64,000 nucleotides of DNA from an uncultured Holophagales bacterium (GTDB taxonomy: Bacteria; Acidobacteriota; Thermoanaerobaculia; Multivoradales; UBA5704): positions 576,001 to 640,000 of the forward strand of contig CAWJGT010000009.1 of the NCBI GenBank assembly GCA_963842525.1. Direction: 5' to 3'. How positions within the stretch are numbered: position 1 is the stretch's first letter; each line of letters begins with the position of its first letter. Positions 30,681 through 41,942 of the stretch are shown here, one piece after another. The notes beneath the pieces were generated by a model, which saw only the letters and a program-made list of their open reading frames with translations, had not been told where the DNA came from and did not search any database. Both the position numbers and the translations under genes were made by a program.

Positions 30681-31606
30681 CGCTCGGCCTCCTCTCCGGC
30701 GATCGCCCGCCAGACGGCGAGGAACTGGACCGTCTCGGCCACGTCGTGGACGCGGACGAGTGCCGCGCCATGGTGCGCCGCCCAGGCCAGGGCCGCGAGG
30801 CTGCCGGCCAGCCGGTCGGCGGGGGCGATCGCCGGGGTCGCCGGCCCGCCGACCTTCTCGAAGGCCTTGCCGAGGAAGCTCTTGCGGCTCGCTCCCACCA
30901 GCAGGGGCCGGCCGATCTCCGTCAGCTCATCGAGCCGCCGCAGGAGCGCGAGGTTCTGCTCCGCTGTCTTGCCGAAGCCGAGCCCGGGATCGAGGACCAC
31001 CTGCCCGGGGTCGATCCCCAGCGCGGACGCCCGCTCGAGGGCCTGCGCCAGCTCGCTCCGCACCTCGGCGAGGAGGTTGCCGAAGCGGATGTCCCGCTGC
31101 ATGGTCGCGAGCTCGCCGCGGCTGTGCATCAGCACGACGGGGCAGCCCGCCTCCGCAACGGCCCGGCCGAGCTCCGGGTCGGCGAGGGCGCTCACGTCGT
31201 TGATCAGGTCTGCTCCAGCCGCGAGGGCCTGTCGCGCCACCGCTCCCTTGCGGGTGTCGACGGAGAGCGGTGCATCCGTCGCCCGCCGCACCGCTGCGAG
31301 GACCGGGAGGAGGCGCCGGATCTCCTCCTCGACCGGCACGGTGGCGGCCCCCGCGCCGTAGACCCCGCCGCCCGGGCGGGTCGACTCGGCTCCGAAGTCG
31401 ATCAGCTCGGCGCCCTCCGCGAGCATCCGGAGGGCCCGGTCGACGGCGCGCGGTGGATCGGTCCACAGGCCGCCGTCGCTGAAGGAGTCCGGGGTGAGAT
31501 TGAGGATGCCCATCACCCGCGGTCCGCGTTCGAGCACGAGCGAGCGGCCCCGGGGGAGGCGAAGGGTCCATGTCGAGCGGTTTCCGAGGATGCGCGCGGT
31601 CTCCAT
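30677..31606 (-). CDS. folP: dihydropteroate synthase
   Basis: MGILNLTPDSFSDGG, ESTRPG, DPGLGFGK, SRK, RVHDV. Confidence 0.96.
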   Translation of the reverse strand: METARILGNRSTWTLRLPRGRSLVLERGPRVMGILNLTPDSFSDGGLWTDPPRAVDRALRMLAEGAELIDFGAESTRPGGGVYGAGAATVPVEEEIRRLLPVLAAVRRATDAPLSVDTRKGAVARQALAAGADLINDVSALADPELGRAVAEAGCPVVLMHSRGELATMQRDIRFGNLLAEVRSELAQALERASALGIDPGQVVLDPGLGFGKTAEQNLALLRRLDELTEIGRPLLVGASRKSFLGKAFEKVGGPATPAIAPADRLAGSLAALAWAAHHGAALVRVHDVAETVQFLAVWRAIAGEEAER

Positions 31607-31693
31607 GGCCCGCGGTCTAGTCTATCGCAGGCATCCAAACGAAAACGCCCGGCGTATTGCCGGGCGTCGATGAAACCGGTAGGGGAAGAAGGT

Positions 31694-33721
<2,028 letters not shown>

Positions 33722-33847
33722 AGCTGGGCTACCTCATTCCATCGCTCATTCCGTAGCGCGCCAAAGGCGGCGCCATTCAGGGCACAAAGACCCTTCACAA
33801 TGACAACCTCGCAGGTCCTGCAGGGATTCCCGGCCTCGGCCGGGCCC

Positions 33848-34402
33848 TCAGGACCCCTGAATCCTGCCGACGAAGGGCAAATTCCCATACCTCCCCTCGT
33901 GCTTCAGGCCATAGCCGACGAGCACTCCCTGCTGCGGCACCGTGAACGCGCTGTAGTCGAGCTCGAAGTCGGTCTTCCGCGCGTCCGGGATGTCGATCAG
34001 GGCGGCGAACCGGACCTCGCGGGCGCCATGGTCCCGGAGCTGCTGTTCGAGATACGGCTCGGTGACCCCCGATGTTACGACGTCCTTGAGGACGAGCACG
34101 CTCTGGCCCGCCACGTCGACGGCGAGCGGGTACTCGATCTCCACGACGCCCGACTCCTGGTCCTCCCCGGAGCTGACGTGGATGAACTCGAAGCGGACCG
34201 GCCGCTCGATGGCGCGCACCAGGTCGGCGAGGAAGATCACCGAGCCGCCCAGCAGCGCCACCAGGACCGGGTCCTCGTCCGTCAGCTCCTGGCCGATGCG
34301 GCGGCCGAGCTCGCCGATGTGGGCGCGCACGGTCTCGGCGTCGAACACGGGCTCGATGTTGGAGATGTTGGAGAGCTGCACCTGCGATGTGGGCGGCGTC
34401 AT
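33848..34402 (-). CDS. hpt: hypoxanthine phosphoribosyltransferase-like protein (divergent PRPP loop)
   Basis: GSVIFLADL, VGYGL-NLP motifs, tilS-hpt-ftsH synteny. Confidence 0.85.
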   Translation of the reverse strand: MTPPTSQVQLSNISNIEPVFDAETVRAHIGELGRRIGQELTDEDPVLVALLGGSVIFLADLVRAIERPVRFEFIHVSSGEDQESGVVEIEYPLAVDVAGQSVLVLKDVVTSGVTEPYLEQQLRDHGAREVRFAALIDIPDARKTDFELDYSAFTVPQQGVLVGYGLKHEGRYGNLPFVGRIQGS

Positions 34403-34440
34403 CGGGTCTCGCACCTCCCGGTCGGTGTTGCTTCCATGTC

Positions 34441-35883
34441 TTAGAGGTCTTCCATGTCTTCGAGGGTGGCGACCCAGGCGGTCGCCTGCCCGGCGATGCG
34501 GAAGCGCTGATCGATCGTGACGCCCGGCACCCAGGCGATCCGCTCCCCGATGCAGAGCAGGGGGAGCCGGTCTCTCTGGTGCCGCGGCATGCGCCGGTCG
34601 ATGAGCACCTCCTTGAGCCTCCGGCTGCCGCCCGCGCCGAGAGGGTGCAGGCGGTCGCCGGGACGACGGTTGCGCACCGTCACGCGGTCTCCGGGTGCCA
34701 GGGGCAGCGCGAGGCCGGCACGGTGGGAAGCTCCCTGGAACATCCAGGGCTCGACAGGGCGGCGGTGCAGCCCGACCCGGACGCCCAGCTCCGGGATCGG
34801 CAGCTCGCCCGGAGCTTCCAAAGTATATGAGAAAACGGGTGCGTCCTCCGGAGCGGCCCGCCGCAGCGTCAGCCGGTCCCCCGCGGACTCCCACCGCCAG
34901 CCGCCGCCGCAGTCGCACCCGAGGCCATCTGCGGACCCCGCAAGCTGGCGCAGCAGCTCGGCGCGCGCCGTGCTCGCGGCCGGGTACGGGACCCCGGCGC
35001 GGCGGTGGAGGACGGCCAGGGCGTGGGGGAGGAGCGCGGCCGGGAGCCGCTCCAGGGCTTCGCGGCCGGCGGCAACCCCGTCGGTGAGGACCTCGATCCG
35101 GAGAAGCCCGGAGAGCCGGCGGTCGAGCGCGGCCATGGCGTTGTGTGCCCTGCCGGCCAGTTTGGCGAGCTCGAAGGACAGCAAGGACTCCAAGGACACC
35201 AAGGACGCTCCTCTTTCTGGTCGTTGTTGTCCTTGGAGTCCTTGCTGTCCTTGTTGTCCTCCAATGAGCGCCGGCAGCAGCCGATGGCGGACACGGTTCC
35301 GCGGCACGGCCAGGTCGGAATTGGTCGGGTCCTCGACCGCTGCGAGCCCCGCGGCCTCGACCGCCGCGCGCAGCATGGACCGCGGCAGGTCGAGGAAGGG
35401 GCGGACCACTGCGTCCTGGACGGGACGGATCCCGGCGAGCCCTTCGAGGCCGCTGCCGAAGAGCAGGCGCAGCAGGACGGTCTCGGCCTGGTCGTCGCGG
35501 TGGTGAGCGGTCGCCACCCAGCGGGCGTTGCGCGCGCGGCGCACCTCGTCGAGGAATGCATAACGGACCCGGCGGGCCGCCGCCTCGGGACTCTCGCCGG
35601 GACGGCGGAGAGCCCGGACTTCGCGCCTCTCGCGGACGAGAGGTGCTCCGAGACGATCGGCGATCCGGGCTGCTTCCTCGGCCCGGCCGGCCGACCCTGT
35701 ATCCAGGCCGTGGTCGAGGTGGGCCGCCGCGACCGGGACGCCCCGGAGCCGGGCGAGCCGCGAGGCCGCGAGGAGCAGCGCGGTCGAGTCCGGGCCTCCC
35801 GAGAAGGCGACGACGAGCCCCTCGCCAGGAGCGAGCGGGGCCTGCTCCCGGAAAAAAAGCTCCAGATGATGGAGAAGGTCCAT
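34441..35883 (-). CDS. tilS: tRNA(Ile)-lysidine synthetase
   Basis: SGGPDS, ARRVRY, AHHRDDQAET, RNRVR, C-terminal RRPGDR. Confidence 0.95.
   Translation of the reverse strand: MDLLHHLELFFREQAPLAPGEGLVVAFSGGPDSTALLLAASRLARLRGVPVAAAHLDHGLDTGSAGRAEEAARIADRLGAPLVRERREVRALRRPGESPEAAARRVRYAFLDEVRRARNARWVATAHHRDDQAETVLLRLLFGSGLEGLAGIRPVQDAVVRPFLDLPRSMLRAAVEAAGLAAVEDPTNSDLAVPRNRVRHRLLPALIGGQQGQQGLQGQQRPERGASLVSLESLLSFELAKLAGRAHNAMAALDRRLSGLLRIEVLTDGVAAGREALERLPAALLPHALAVLHRRAGVPYPAASTARAELLRQLAGSADGLGCDCGGGWRWESAGDRLTLRRAAPEDAPVFSYTLEAPGELPIPELGVRVGLHRRPVEPWMFQGASHRAGLALPLAPGDRVTVRNRRPGDRLHPLGAGGSRRLKEVLIDRRMPRHQRDRLPLLCIGERIAWVPGVTIDQRFRIAGQATAWVATLEDMEDL
35174..35252. repeat. 25-bp perfect inverted repeat built of 9-bp units, inside tilS
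   Basis: AAGGACAGCAAGGACTCCAAGGACA (35174-35198) and its reverse complement (35228-35252). Confidence 0.9.
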
Positions 35884-35897
35884 GGAATCTGCGAGAA

Positions 35898-35974
35898 TGG
35901 TGGCGGTGACGGGACTCGAACCCATGACCTAGCGGTTATGAGCCGCTCGCTCTAACCAACTGAGCTACACCGCC
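35898..35974 (-). tRNA. tRNA-Met (CAT), elongator type
   Basis: Cloverleaf GGCGGTGTAGCTCAG...CTCATAA...TTCGAG...CCA. Confidence 0.92.
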
Positions 35975-36130
35975 AGGATGTACGAGAGAAGAGATCGCCG
36001 GGAGAAGAAAAGGAGGTCGGCGGCCTTCCGTCGCGGGCGGATTATACCCGATCGCGCCGGAATGAGAAGCCTCGCCGCCGGAGCAACCCCCCTCGCCCGA
36101 GGGCGCTCCGGCCGACGCAGAAGGTCAGAT

Positions 36131-36460
36131 CTACCGCAGAACTTCCTGGCAGCTCCGGAACTGGCCGAAGAACTCCTGCATGGACGTCGAGAGTGCGGGT
36201 TCGTTCAGCCGGTAGATGACGTTCTGCCCCTGCCGCTGGTCGAGCACCAGGTCCGCTTCCTTGAGGACCGACAGATGCCGCGAAATCGTGGGTTGAGAGA
36301 GGTTGAAGTTGCCGACGATCTCGCCGACCGTGCGCTGGTGGCCCTCCAGCAGACGGAGGATCTCCTGGCGGGTGCCATCCGACAGCGCCTTGAAAACCTT
36401 CGTCATGTGCCGCTCGTCCCGGCGGAACGAATGCATGATACCGCGGTCGATGTTGGCCAT
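36131..36460 (-). CDS. ArsR/SmtB family transcriptional regulator
   Basis: FKALSDGTRQEIL, SQPTISRHLSVL. Confidence 0.92.
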   Translation of the reverse strand: MANIDRGIMHSFRRDERHMTKVFKALSDGTRQEILRLLEGHQRTVGEIVGNFNLSQPTISRHLSVLKEADLVLDQRQGQNVIYRLNEPALSTSMQEFFGQFRSCQEVLR

Positions 36461-36662
36461 ATTGCGTTGCCCTCCTTCAGGCGGAATGGCCGAGACCTCT
36501 CTAGCCTCAGCTTCATTTGAACCTATTCTAGAGGAGGCATACTTGAAAAATACTTGTTCTGCGTCGGTGCGGATGCAGATCTGTGCTCATTGGCTGAGCA
36601 GACACGTGTAAACTTCTCTATAGACGAAAGTTACGGTTCAGTGGCGAGGGCGTAAAAAGCGC

Positions 36663-36687
36663 GGGGCGGCCTGGAAAAGGCCGCCCC
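36663..36687. terminator. hairpin downstream of sod
   Basis: GGGGCGGCCT-GGAAA-AGGCCGCCCC, T tract on the minus strand. Confidence 0.6.
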
Positions 36688-36735
36688 GGAACGACGAAGT
36701 GCCCACTTCAGGTGCACTTCAGAGTCGGAGATCGG

Positions 36736-37344
36736 TCAACCGCGGGCGCTCTGGTACCGTTGCTCGACCGCCTGCCAGTTGATGGTGTTCCACCAGGCGG
36801 TGAGGTAGTCGGGGCGGCGGTTCTGGTACTTCAGATAGTAGGCGTGCTCCCAGACGTCGACGCCGAGGATCGGGGTCTTGCCCTCCATCAGCGGGCTGTC
36901 CTGGTTGGGCTTGGCGACGACCTCCAGATGGCCGCCGCTGACCACCAGCCAGCCCCAGCCGGAGCCGAACTGGTTCGTCGCCGCGTTGGTGAGCTTCTCC
37001 TTGAACGCATCGAAGCCGCCGAGGTCGCTGTCGAGCGCCTGGGCCAACGCGCCGGACGGGGTGCCGCCTCCGTTCGCGCCCATGACCTCCCAGAAGAGGG
37101 TGTGGTTGGCATGGCCGCCGCCGTGGTTCTTGACGGCGGTCCGGATCGCCTCGGGCACCCGGTCGATGCCGCGCAGCAACTCTTCCACGCCGAGACTCTG
37201 CAGCTCGGGCGCCTTGCCGAGCGCCTCGTTGAGCTTGTTGACGTAGGTGGCGTGGTGCTTGTCGTGGTGGATCTCCATCGTCTTGGCGTCGATATGGGGC
37301 TCCAGCGCGTCAAAGGAATAAGGCAGAGGGGGCAACTCGTGCAT
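36736..37344 (-). CDS. sodA: superoxide dismutase (Mn-type signature)
   Basis: [21 protein letters not shown]. Confidence 0.95.
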   Translation of the reverse strand: MHELPPLPYSFDALEPHIDAKTMEIHHDKHHATYVNKLNEALGKAPELQSLGVEELLRGIDRVPEAIRTAVKNHGGGHANHTLFWEVMGANGGGTPSGALAQALDSDLGGFDAFKEKLTNAATNQFGSGWGWLVVSGGHLEVVAKPNQDSPLMEGKTPILGVDVWEHAYYLKYQNRRPDYLTAWWNTINWQAVEQRYQSARG

Positions 37345-37529
37345 CGGACTCTCCTCCTTGCAGCACCTGGTTGAAGGGGTGTTTGGACGGCGGGCCGCGG
37401 GCTGACTCTCTCGCTCTCCCGCCCGCTCCGCATTCTGGCACGAACCGCCCGGAAACACGAAAGCCCCCGGGGTCGGGGGCGGAGAGCACGGGGCGCTATC
37501 TTGAAGGGGCGTGAAGGGGAGAGGCAGGA

Positions 37530-37685
37530 TCAGCGCAGCTTCTCTTCGACGAACTCGACGTGCTTGCGGACCTTGGGGTCGTACTTCTTCATCCGCAGCT
37601 TCTCGGTGGAGAGCTTCTTGTTCTTGGTCGTCGTGTAGAAGTATCCGGTCCCCGCGGAGGAGACCAACTTGATCTTGTCGCGCAT
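37530..37685 (-). CDS. rpmG: 50S ribosomal protein L33 (zinc-free type; absent from the ORF track)
   Basis: [24 protein letters not shown]...[13 protein letters not shown]. Confidence 0.97.
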   Translation of the reverse strand: MRDKIKLVSSAGTGYFYTTTKNKKLSTEKLRMKKYDPKVRKHVEFVEEKLR

Positions 37686-37718
37686 TCTGCGTCTCCGAAT
37701 CTATCCGATCTTACGGAT

Positions 37719-37795
<77 letters not shown>

Positions 37796-37832
37796 GCGTT
37801 GTGCTTCGTCTTCGCTGGCGGCTCCCACGCTT

Positions 37833-37908
37833 TGGTGGGAGGTGAGGGATTTGAACCCGCGACCCCCTGCGTGTAAGGCAGGTGCTCTGACCGCTGAGCT
37901 AACCTCCC
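37833..37908 (-). tRNA. tRNA-Val (TAC)
   Basis: Cloverleaf with CTTACAC anticodon loop, CCA end. Confidence 0.96.
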
Positions 37909-37981
37909 CGCACCCTGCGAAGGAGCGTTATGGTAGAGAAGGCAGCCGCGCAAGTCAACCCTGGGCGCTGATCTGATCGAG

Positions 37982-39409
37982 CTACCGCGCCACGTATCCC
38001 AGGTTCTTCAGCTCCTTCCGCAGCTCCTCGGGCACCTGCTGCGGCCCTCCCCGGCGCCGGAGGGTGGCGAAGCGCTGGTTGAGGAGCCGGGCGAGCTCGG
38101 CCACCTTGGCCGGCTGGCTTGCCGCCAGATTCCGCGTCTCTCCCGAGTCGCGCGACAGGTCGTAGAGCTCGGCGCGGCCGATCGGATAGTGGTGGGGCGG
38201 CGCGTCGGGGATGCAGACCGGATCGACTCCGTCCGGGTTGTAGACCAGCTTCCAGCCTCCCTGGACGACGGTGCGGAGGCGGGTGTTCCCGTATTCGGAG
38301 AAGGCCGGCTTGCCGGGGCCGCCGCCGCCCGGCCTTTCCAGATAGGGCACCAGCGACCGGCCGTGCTGCTCCGCGGGCGGCGGCACCGCGAGCAGCGCCA
38401 GCAGGGTCGGCATCACGTCGATCAGCTCGACCGTCTGCGGCACCCGTGCCCCGGCGGGCAGGAGGCCGGGGGCGGAGATCCCCAGCGGGACGTGCAGGGT
38501 CGTCTGGTAGACCGAGCACGAGTGGTAGAGATAGCCGTTGTGGGCGTAGAGCTCCTCGCCGTGGTCGGCGGTGAAGACGACGATCGTCCGCTCCAGCTTC
38601 CCGGCCTTGCGCAGCCCGTCCAGCAGCGCGCCGGACAGGTCGTCGGTGCCGAGGACGGCCGCGTCGTAGATGGCCTTCAGGTGCTGGAGGTCGCGCGGGC
38701 CGAGCAGCACCTTCTCGGTCATGATCCGTTCGAGCTGCCACCTCTTGGGCCCCACGGGCCCCTCATAGCCAGGGTCCAGCTCGCGCGCCCGGTCGCCGCC
38801 GTTGTAGTAGGGCGGATGGGCGCCGAACAGATGGACCCATAGAAAATAAGGCCGCTCGCCGTCGAGCCCGGAGGCCCAGCCCAGGGCCTCTTTGACGGCC
38901 TTGGCGTCGCGCCCGCCGCTGCAGGCGAAGCTGTCCCACCCGCGATGGTTCGCCTTGCACATGTTGCTCAAGAAGGCGCCGGTCCGGTAGCCGGCCTTGC
39001 CGAGGACCTTGGGGAACGTCGGCAGGTCGTCCGGAAACCCGTAGCCGTTCTCCGTCACCCCGTGACCGCTGGGGTAGAGCCCGGTCAGGAGCGAGGCGAG
39101 CGACGGCCAGGTGGAGGCCCGTTGCGCCGCGGCGTCTTCAAAGGTCACGCCGGAGACGAGCTGCGCGTCGATCTGCGGGCTGGTCGGCCGGACGCCGTAG
39201 CCATAGGCGCCGAGATGGTCGGCGCGCAGCGTGTCGACCGTGAGCAGCACCACGTTCCACCCTTGGGCGGACCCGGCGAGCCGGCCGTGCGGTCGCGGGT
39301 CTTTGGGCTTGTCGCGGCAGGCTGCGAGAGCCAGGGCGAGCCCGCCGAGCAGGAGGAGCCGGAGGAGCGTCCGGAGGGGCGGCGGAGGGAGGTGATCGCG
39401 ATCGTCCAC
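37982..39409 (-). CDS. sulfatase-like lipoprotein
   Basis: LALAAC lipobox, VDTLRADH, TWPSLASLLTG, ADHGE. Confidence 0.88.
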   Translation of the reverse strand: MDDRDHLPPPPLRTLLRLLLLGGLALALAACRDKPKDPRPHGRLAGSAQGWNVVLLTVDTLRADHLGAYGYGVRPTSPQIDAQLVSGVTFEDAAAQRASTWPSLASLLTGLYPSGHGVTENGYGFPDDLPTFPKVLGKAGYRTGAFLSNMCKANHRGWDSFACSGGRDAKAVKEALGWASGLDGERPYFLWVHLFGAHPPYYNGGDRARELDPGYEGPVGPKRWQLERIMTEKVLLGPRDLQHLKAIYDAAVLGTDDLSGALLDGLRKAGKLERTIVVFTADHGEELYAHNGYLYHSCSVYQTTLHVPLGISAPGLLPAGARVPQTVELIDVMPTLLALLAVPPPAEQHGRSLVPYLERPGGGGPGKPAFSEYGNTRLRTVVQGGWKLVYNPDGVDPVCIPDAPPHHYPIGRAELYDLSRDSGETRNLAASQPAKVAELARLLNQRFATLRRRGGPQQVPEELRKELKNLGYVAR

Positions 39410-39546
39410 GGGAGGCGGATTGTAATCCGCCGGGGTGCCGGTTGCGCGGCAATCCGGATCTCGGATATAAATACTGCACCCTTGCCTAGCCCGCGGCGGT
39501 CCCGTCGCCTCGGCCTTTCTCTCCTTTTCCAACAAGGAGAGAGGCC

Positions 39547-40173
39547 GTGGAAAACCTTCGTGTCGCCCGTTCCGCTCATTCCGAGGCGTGCTTTGAAGCC
39601 GTCGTCCACCGTCACGACAGTCTGGTGCGGGACCGGGTCCAGGGGATGTTGGACCGCTTCGGGCTCTCCGATCGCCCGGAGCTGGTCGACGAGGTCGTCC
39701 AGGAGGTGTACTGCCGCCTCCTGAGTCGCGGGCCGCTCGGCCCGCGGACGGAAACCCAGCTCATCGCCTATCTGGGCCTGGCGGCCGAGCGTGCCGTGAT
39801 CGACCACATCCGGACTGCCAACGCGGAGAAGCGGAGAGGGGCCCGGCTGATCCGGATCGGCCAGTACATCTGCCACCGGCTGGACGAGGTCCCCGATCCG
39901 AATGGCACGCCCGAGGACGCGCTCCTCTGGGACGAGCAGCAGAGCCTGTTCCTCGACTATTGCGCGGCCCTGCCGGCCCGCCGGCAGCGTCATCCAAAGG
40001 CCTGGGTGATGCGCCTCGCGGTTCTCGAGGGGTGGAGCAGCCGTGAGATCTCGCACGCCGCCGGCGGCCGGATCAGCCCGGCCGGCGTCGATTGCCTGGT
40101 GCACCGCGTCCGCCGGAAACTGGCCCGGGACGGATTCGGGGCGTTGACCGGGAAAGGGGGGAAGAGGCCATGA
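39547..40173 (+). CDS. divergent ECF-type sigma factor
   Basis: DEVVQEVYCRL region 2, EGWSSREI region 4, AAGGAG SD. Confidence 0.75.
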   Translation: MENLRVARSAHSEACFEAVVHRHDSLVRDRVQGMLDRFGLSDRPELVDEVVQEVYCRLLSRGPLGPRTETQLIAYLGLAAERAVIDHIRTANAEKRRGARLIRIGQYICHRLDEVPDPNGTPEDALLWDEQQSLFLDYCAALPARRQRHPKAWVMRLAVLEGWSSREISHAAGGRISPAGVDCLVHRVRRKLARDGFGALTGKGGKRP

Positions 40174-40208
40174 CACGGAAGAGCAGGCCAGCGCCACGCT
40201 TTGACCTC

Positions 40209-40237
40209 TTGCTTCTCTGTATCCCATGCGATACACT
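40209..40237 (+). promoter_or_regulatory. TA promoter with overlapping operator palindrome
   Basis: TTGCTT-17-TACACT; TGTATC-N6-GATACA at 40218-40235. Confidence 0.6.
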
Positions 40238-40241
40238 CGGG

Positions 40242-40535
40242 ATGGTGATCGAGGTTCGCCAGACCTCCACCTATGCTCGATGGTTCGATGGCTTGCGGGA
40301 TCGACAGGCACGAGCGCGCATCAATGTGCGTCTTCGCCGTCTGTCGTTGGGGAACCACGGCGATGCCAGGCCCGTGGGCGAAGGCGTGTCGGAGCTGCGG
40401 ATCGACTACGGTCCCGGCTACAGAGTGTATTTCGTCCAGCGCGGCGAGGCGCTGGTGATCCTGCTCGCTGGCGGCGACAAGCGTACGCAGGACGCGGACA
40501 TCAAAGTGGCGCTCGAGCTGGCGCGCAAACTGTAG
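40242..40535 (+). CDS. RelE/ParE-family addiction module toxin
   Basis: GEGVSELRIDYGPGYRVY, LLAGGDK. Confidence 0.93.
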   Translation: MVIEVRQTSTYARWFDGLRDRQARARINVRLRRLSLGNHGDARPVGEGVSELRIDYGPGYRVYFVQRGEALVILLAGGDKRTQDADIKVALELARKL

Positions 40536-40544
40536 GAGAACGAG

Positions 40545-40844
40545 ATGGCGAAAATCGAAACCCGTCCCTGGGATCCGGCAGAGCATCTGGGAGCTGAAGA
40601 GGACATGGCGGCCTACCTGGAGGCAGCCCTGGAAGAAGGCGATCCGGCCCTCATCGCCGCCGCGCTGGGCGACATTGCGCGCGCAAAAGGCATGACTCAG
40701 GTCGCACGCGAGACCGGGCTGGGCCGCGAGAGTCTCTACAAGGCGCTTTCACCCGAGGGCAACCCGGAGCTCGCCACAGTGCTCAAGGTGGTGCGCGCAC
40801 TGGGGCTCCGGCTCCACGCTGCCACCGCGCACAAGGCAGCCTGA
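40545..40844 (+). CDS. addiction module antidote (XRE HTH)
   Basis: AYLEAALEE, GMTQVARETGLGRESLYKALS. Confidence 0.93.
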   Translation: MAKIETRPWDPAEHLGAEEDMAAYLEAALEEGDPALIAAALGDIARAKGMTQVARETGLGRESLYKALSPEGNPELATVLKVVRALGLRLHAATAHKAA

Positions 40845-41806
40845 TGCGCATCTTCACCGATGACCGGTGCCTCGCCCATGCCGCGCCGCGTGGCTATCCG
40901 GAGAGGCCGGACCGGCTGTCCGGGATCGTGGAGTATCTGCGGGCGCGCGGCTGGCCGCTCGTGGAGGGTGTGGAGGGGCTATCCGGAGGGGAAGCGGAGG
41001 CCCGCGAGGCCGTCCTTGCCGTGCACGACGAGGTCTACGTCGGTCGCTTCGAGCGCGCTGTGCAGCGGGGCGACTCGCTGCTCGATTCGGCCGACAATCC
41101 CCTCTCCCCAGGGACCTGGGAGGCGGCCTGGGCGGCGGTCGAGGTGGCGCTCGCCGCGGCCGACTGGGTCGCCGGAGGGTCGGGGGCGGGGGGCCGGGCG
41201 GCGTTGGCAGCGGTGCGCCCCCCGGGGCACCACGCCGAGCGCGCTCTCGCCATGGGGTTCTGCTTCTTCAACAACGTCGCCGTGGCCGCGGAGCACCTGC
41301 GCCGCCGGCACGGAGCCGAGCGGGTGGCCATCTTCGACTTCGACGTCCACCACGGCAACGGCACGCAGCACCTCTTCGAGGAGCGGGCCGATATCTTCTA
41401 TGTCAGCACGCATCAGCACCCCTTCTATCCGGGGACCGGGGCGGCGCACGAGCGGGGGACGGGCGCGGGGGAGGGGCTCACCCTGAACGTGCCGCTGCCC
41501 GCGGGCACCGGCGACGACGGCTATGCCGAGGCGATCCAGGGCACGGTCCTGCCGGCGCTGCGGCGCTTCGCTCCCGATGTCCTGCTCCTCTCCGCCGGCT
41601 TCGACGCCTGGCGCCGCGATCCCCTGGGAGGGATGCAGGTGACCGAGGAGGGATTCCGCCGTTGGGGGGACTGGCTGCGCGAGCTGGCCGCCGAGATCTG
41701 CGGCGGACGGGTCCTGGCCCTGCTCGAAGGCGGGTACGATCTGGACAGCCTCCCGCGCCTGGTCGAGGCGCACCTGGAGGGGCTCGCCGGCGGGCCGATC
41801 GATTGA
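40844..41806 (+). CDS. histone deacetylase family protein
   Basis: RPPGHH, GFCFFNN, DVHHGNGTQ, LEGGY. Confidence 0.95.
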   Translation: MRIFTDDRCLAHAAPRGYPERPDRLSGIVEYLRARGWPLVEGVEGLSGGEAEAREAVLAVHDEVYVGRFERAVQRGDSLLDSADNPLSPGTWEAAWAAVEVALAAADWVAGGSGAGGRAALAAVRPPGHHAERALAMGFCFFNNVAVAAEHLRRRHGAERVAIFDFDVHHGNGTQHLFEERADIFYVSTHQHPFYPGTGAAHERGTGAGEGLTLNVPLPAGTGDDGYAEAIQGTVLPALRRFAPDVLLLSAGFDAWRRDPLGGMQVTEEGFRRWGDWLRELAAEICGGRVLALLEGGYDLDSLPRLVEAHLEGLAGGPID

Positions 41807-41942
41807 GCCTATCGATTTGCGGCTATGGATTGACTTCCGGCCGGCAACCCTCGTAGAATGCCGAAAGTTCAGGTAATACTTGAGATATGGCCGGATAGAA
41901 CCGCATCTCACGGCTGCTTTCCCGATGTGTGGAGGTAGAGCG

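Noticed and set aside
35898-35974. tRNA-Ile2 (lysidine substrate) because it adjoins tilS
   Set aside because: Acceptor stem GGCGGTG lacks the C4/C5 pairs typical of tRNA-Ile2 and matches elongator tRNA-Met
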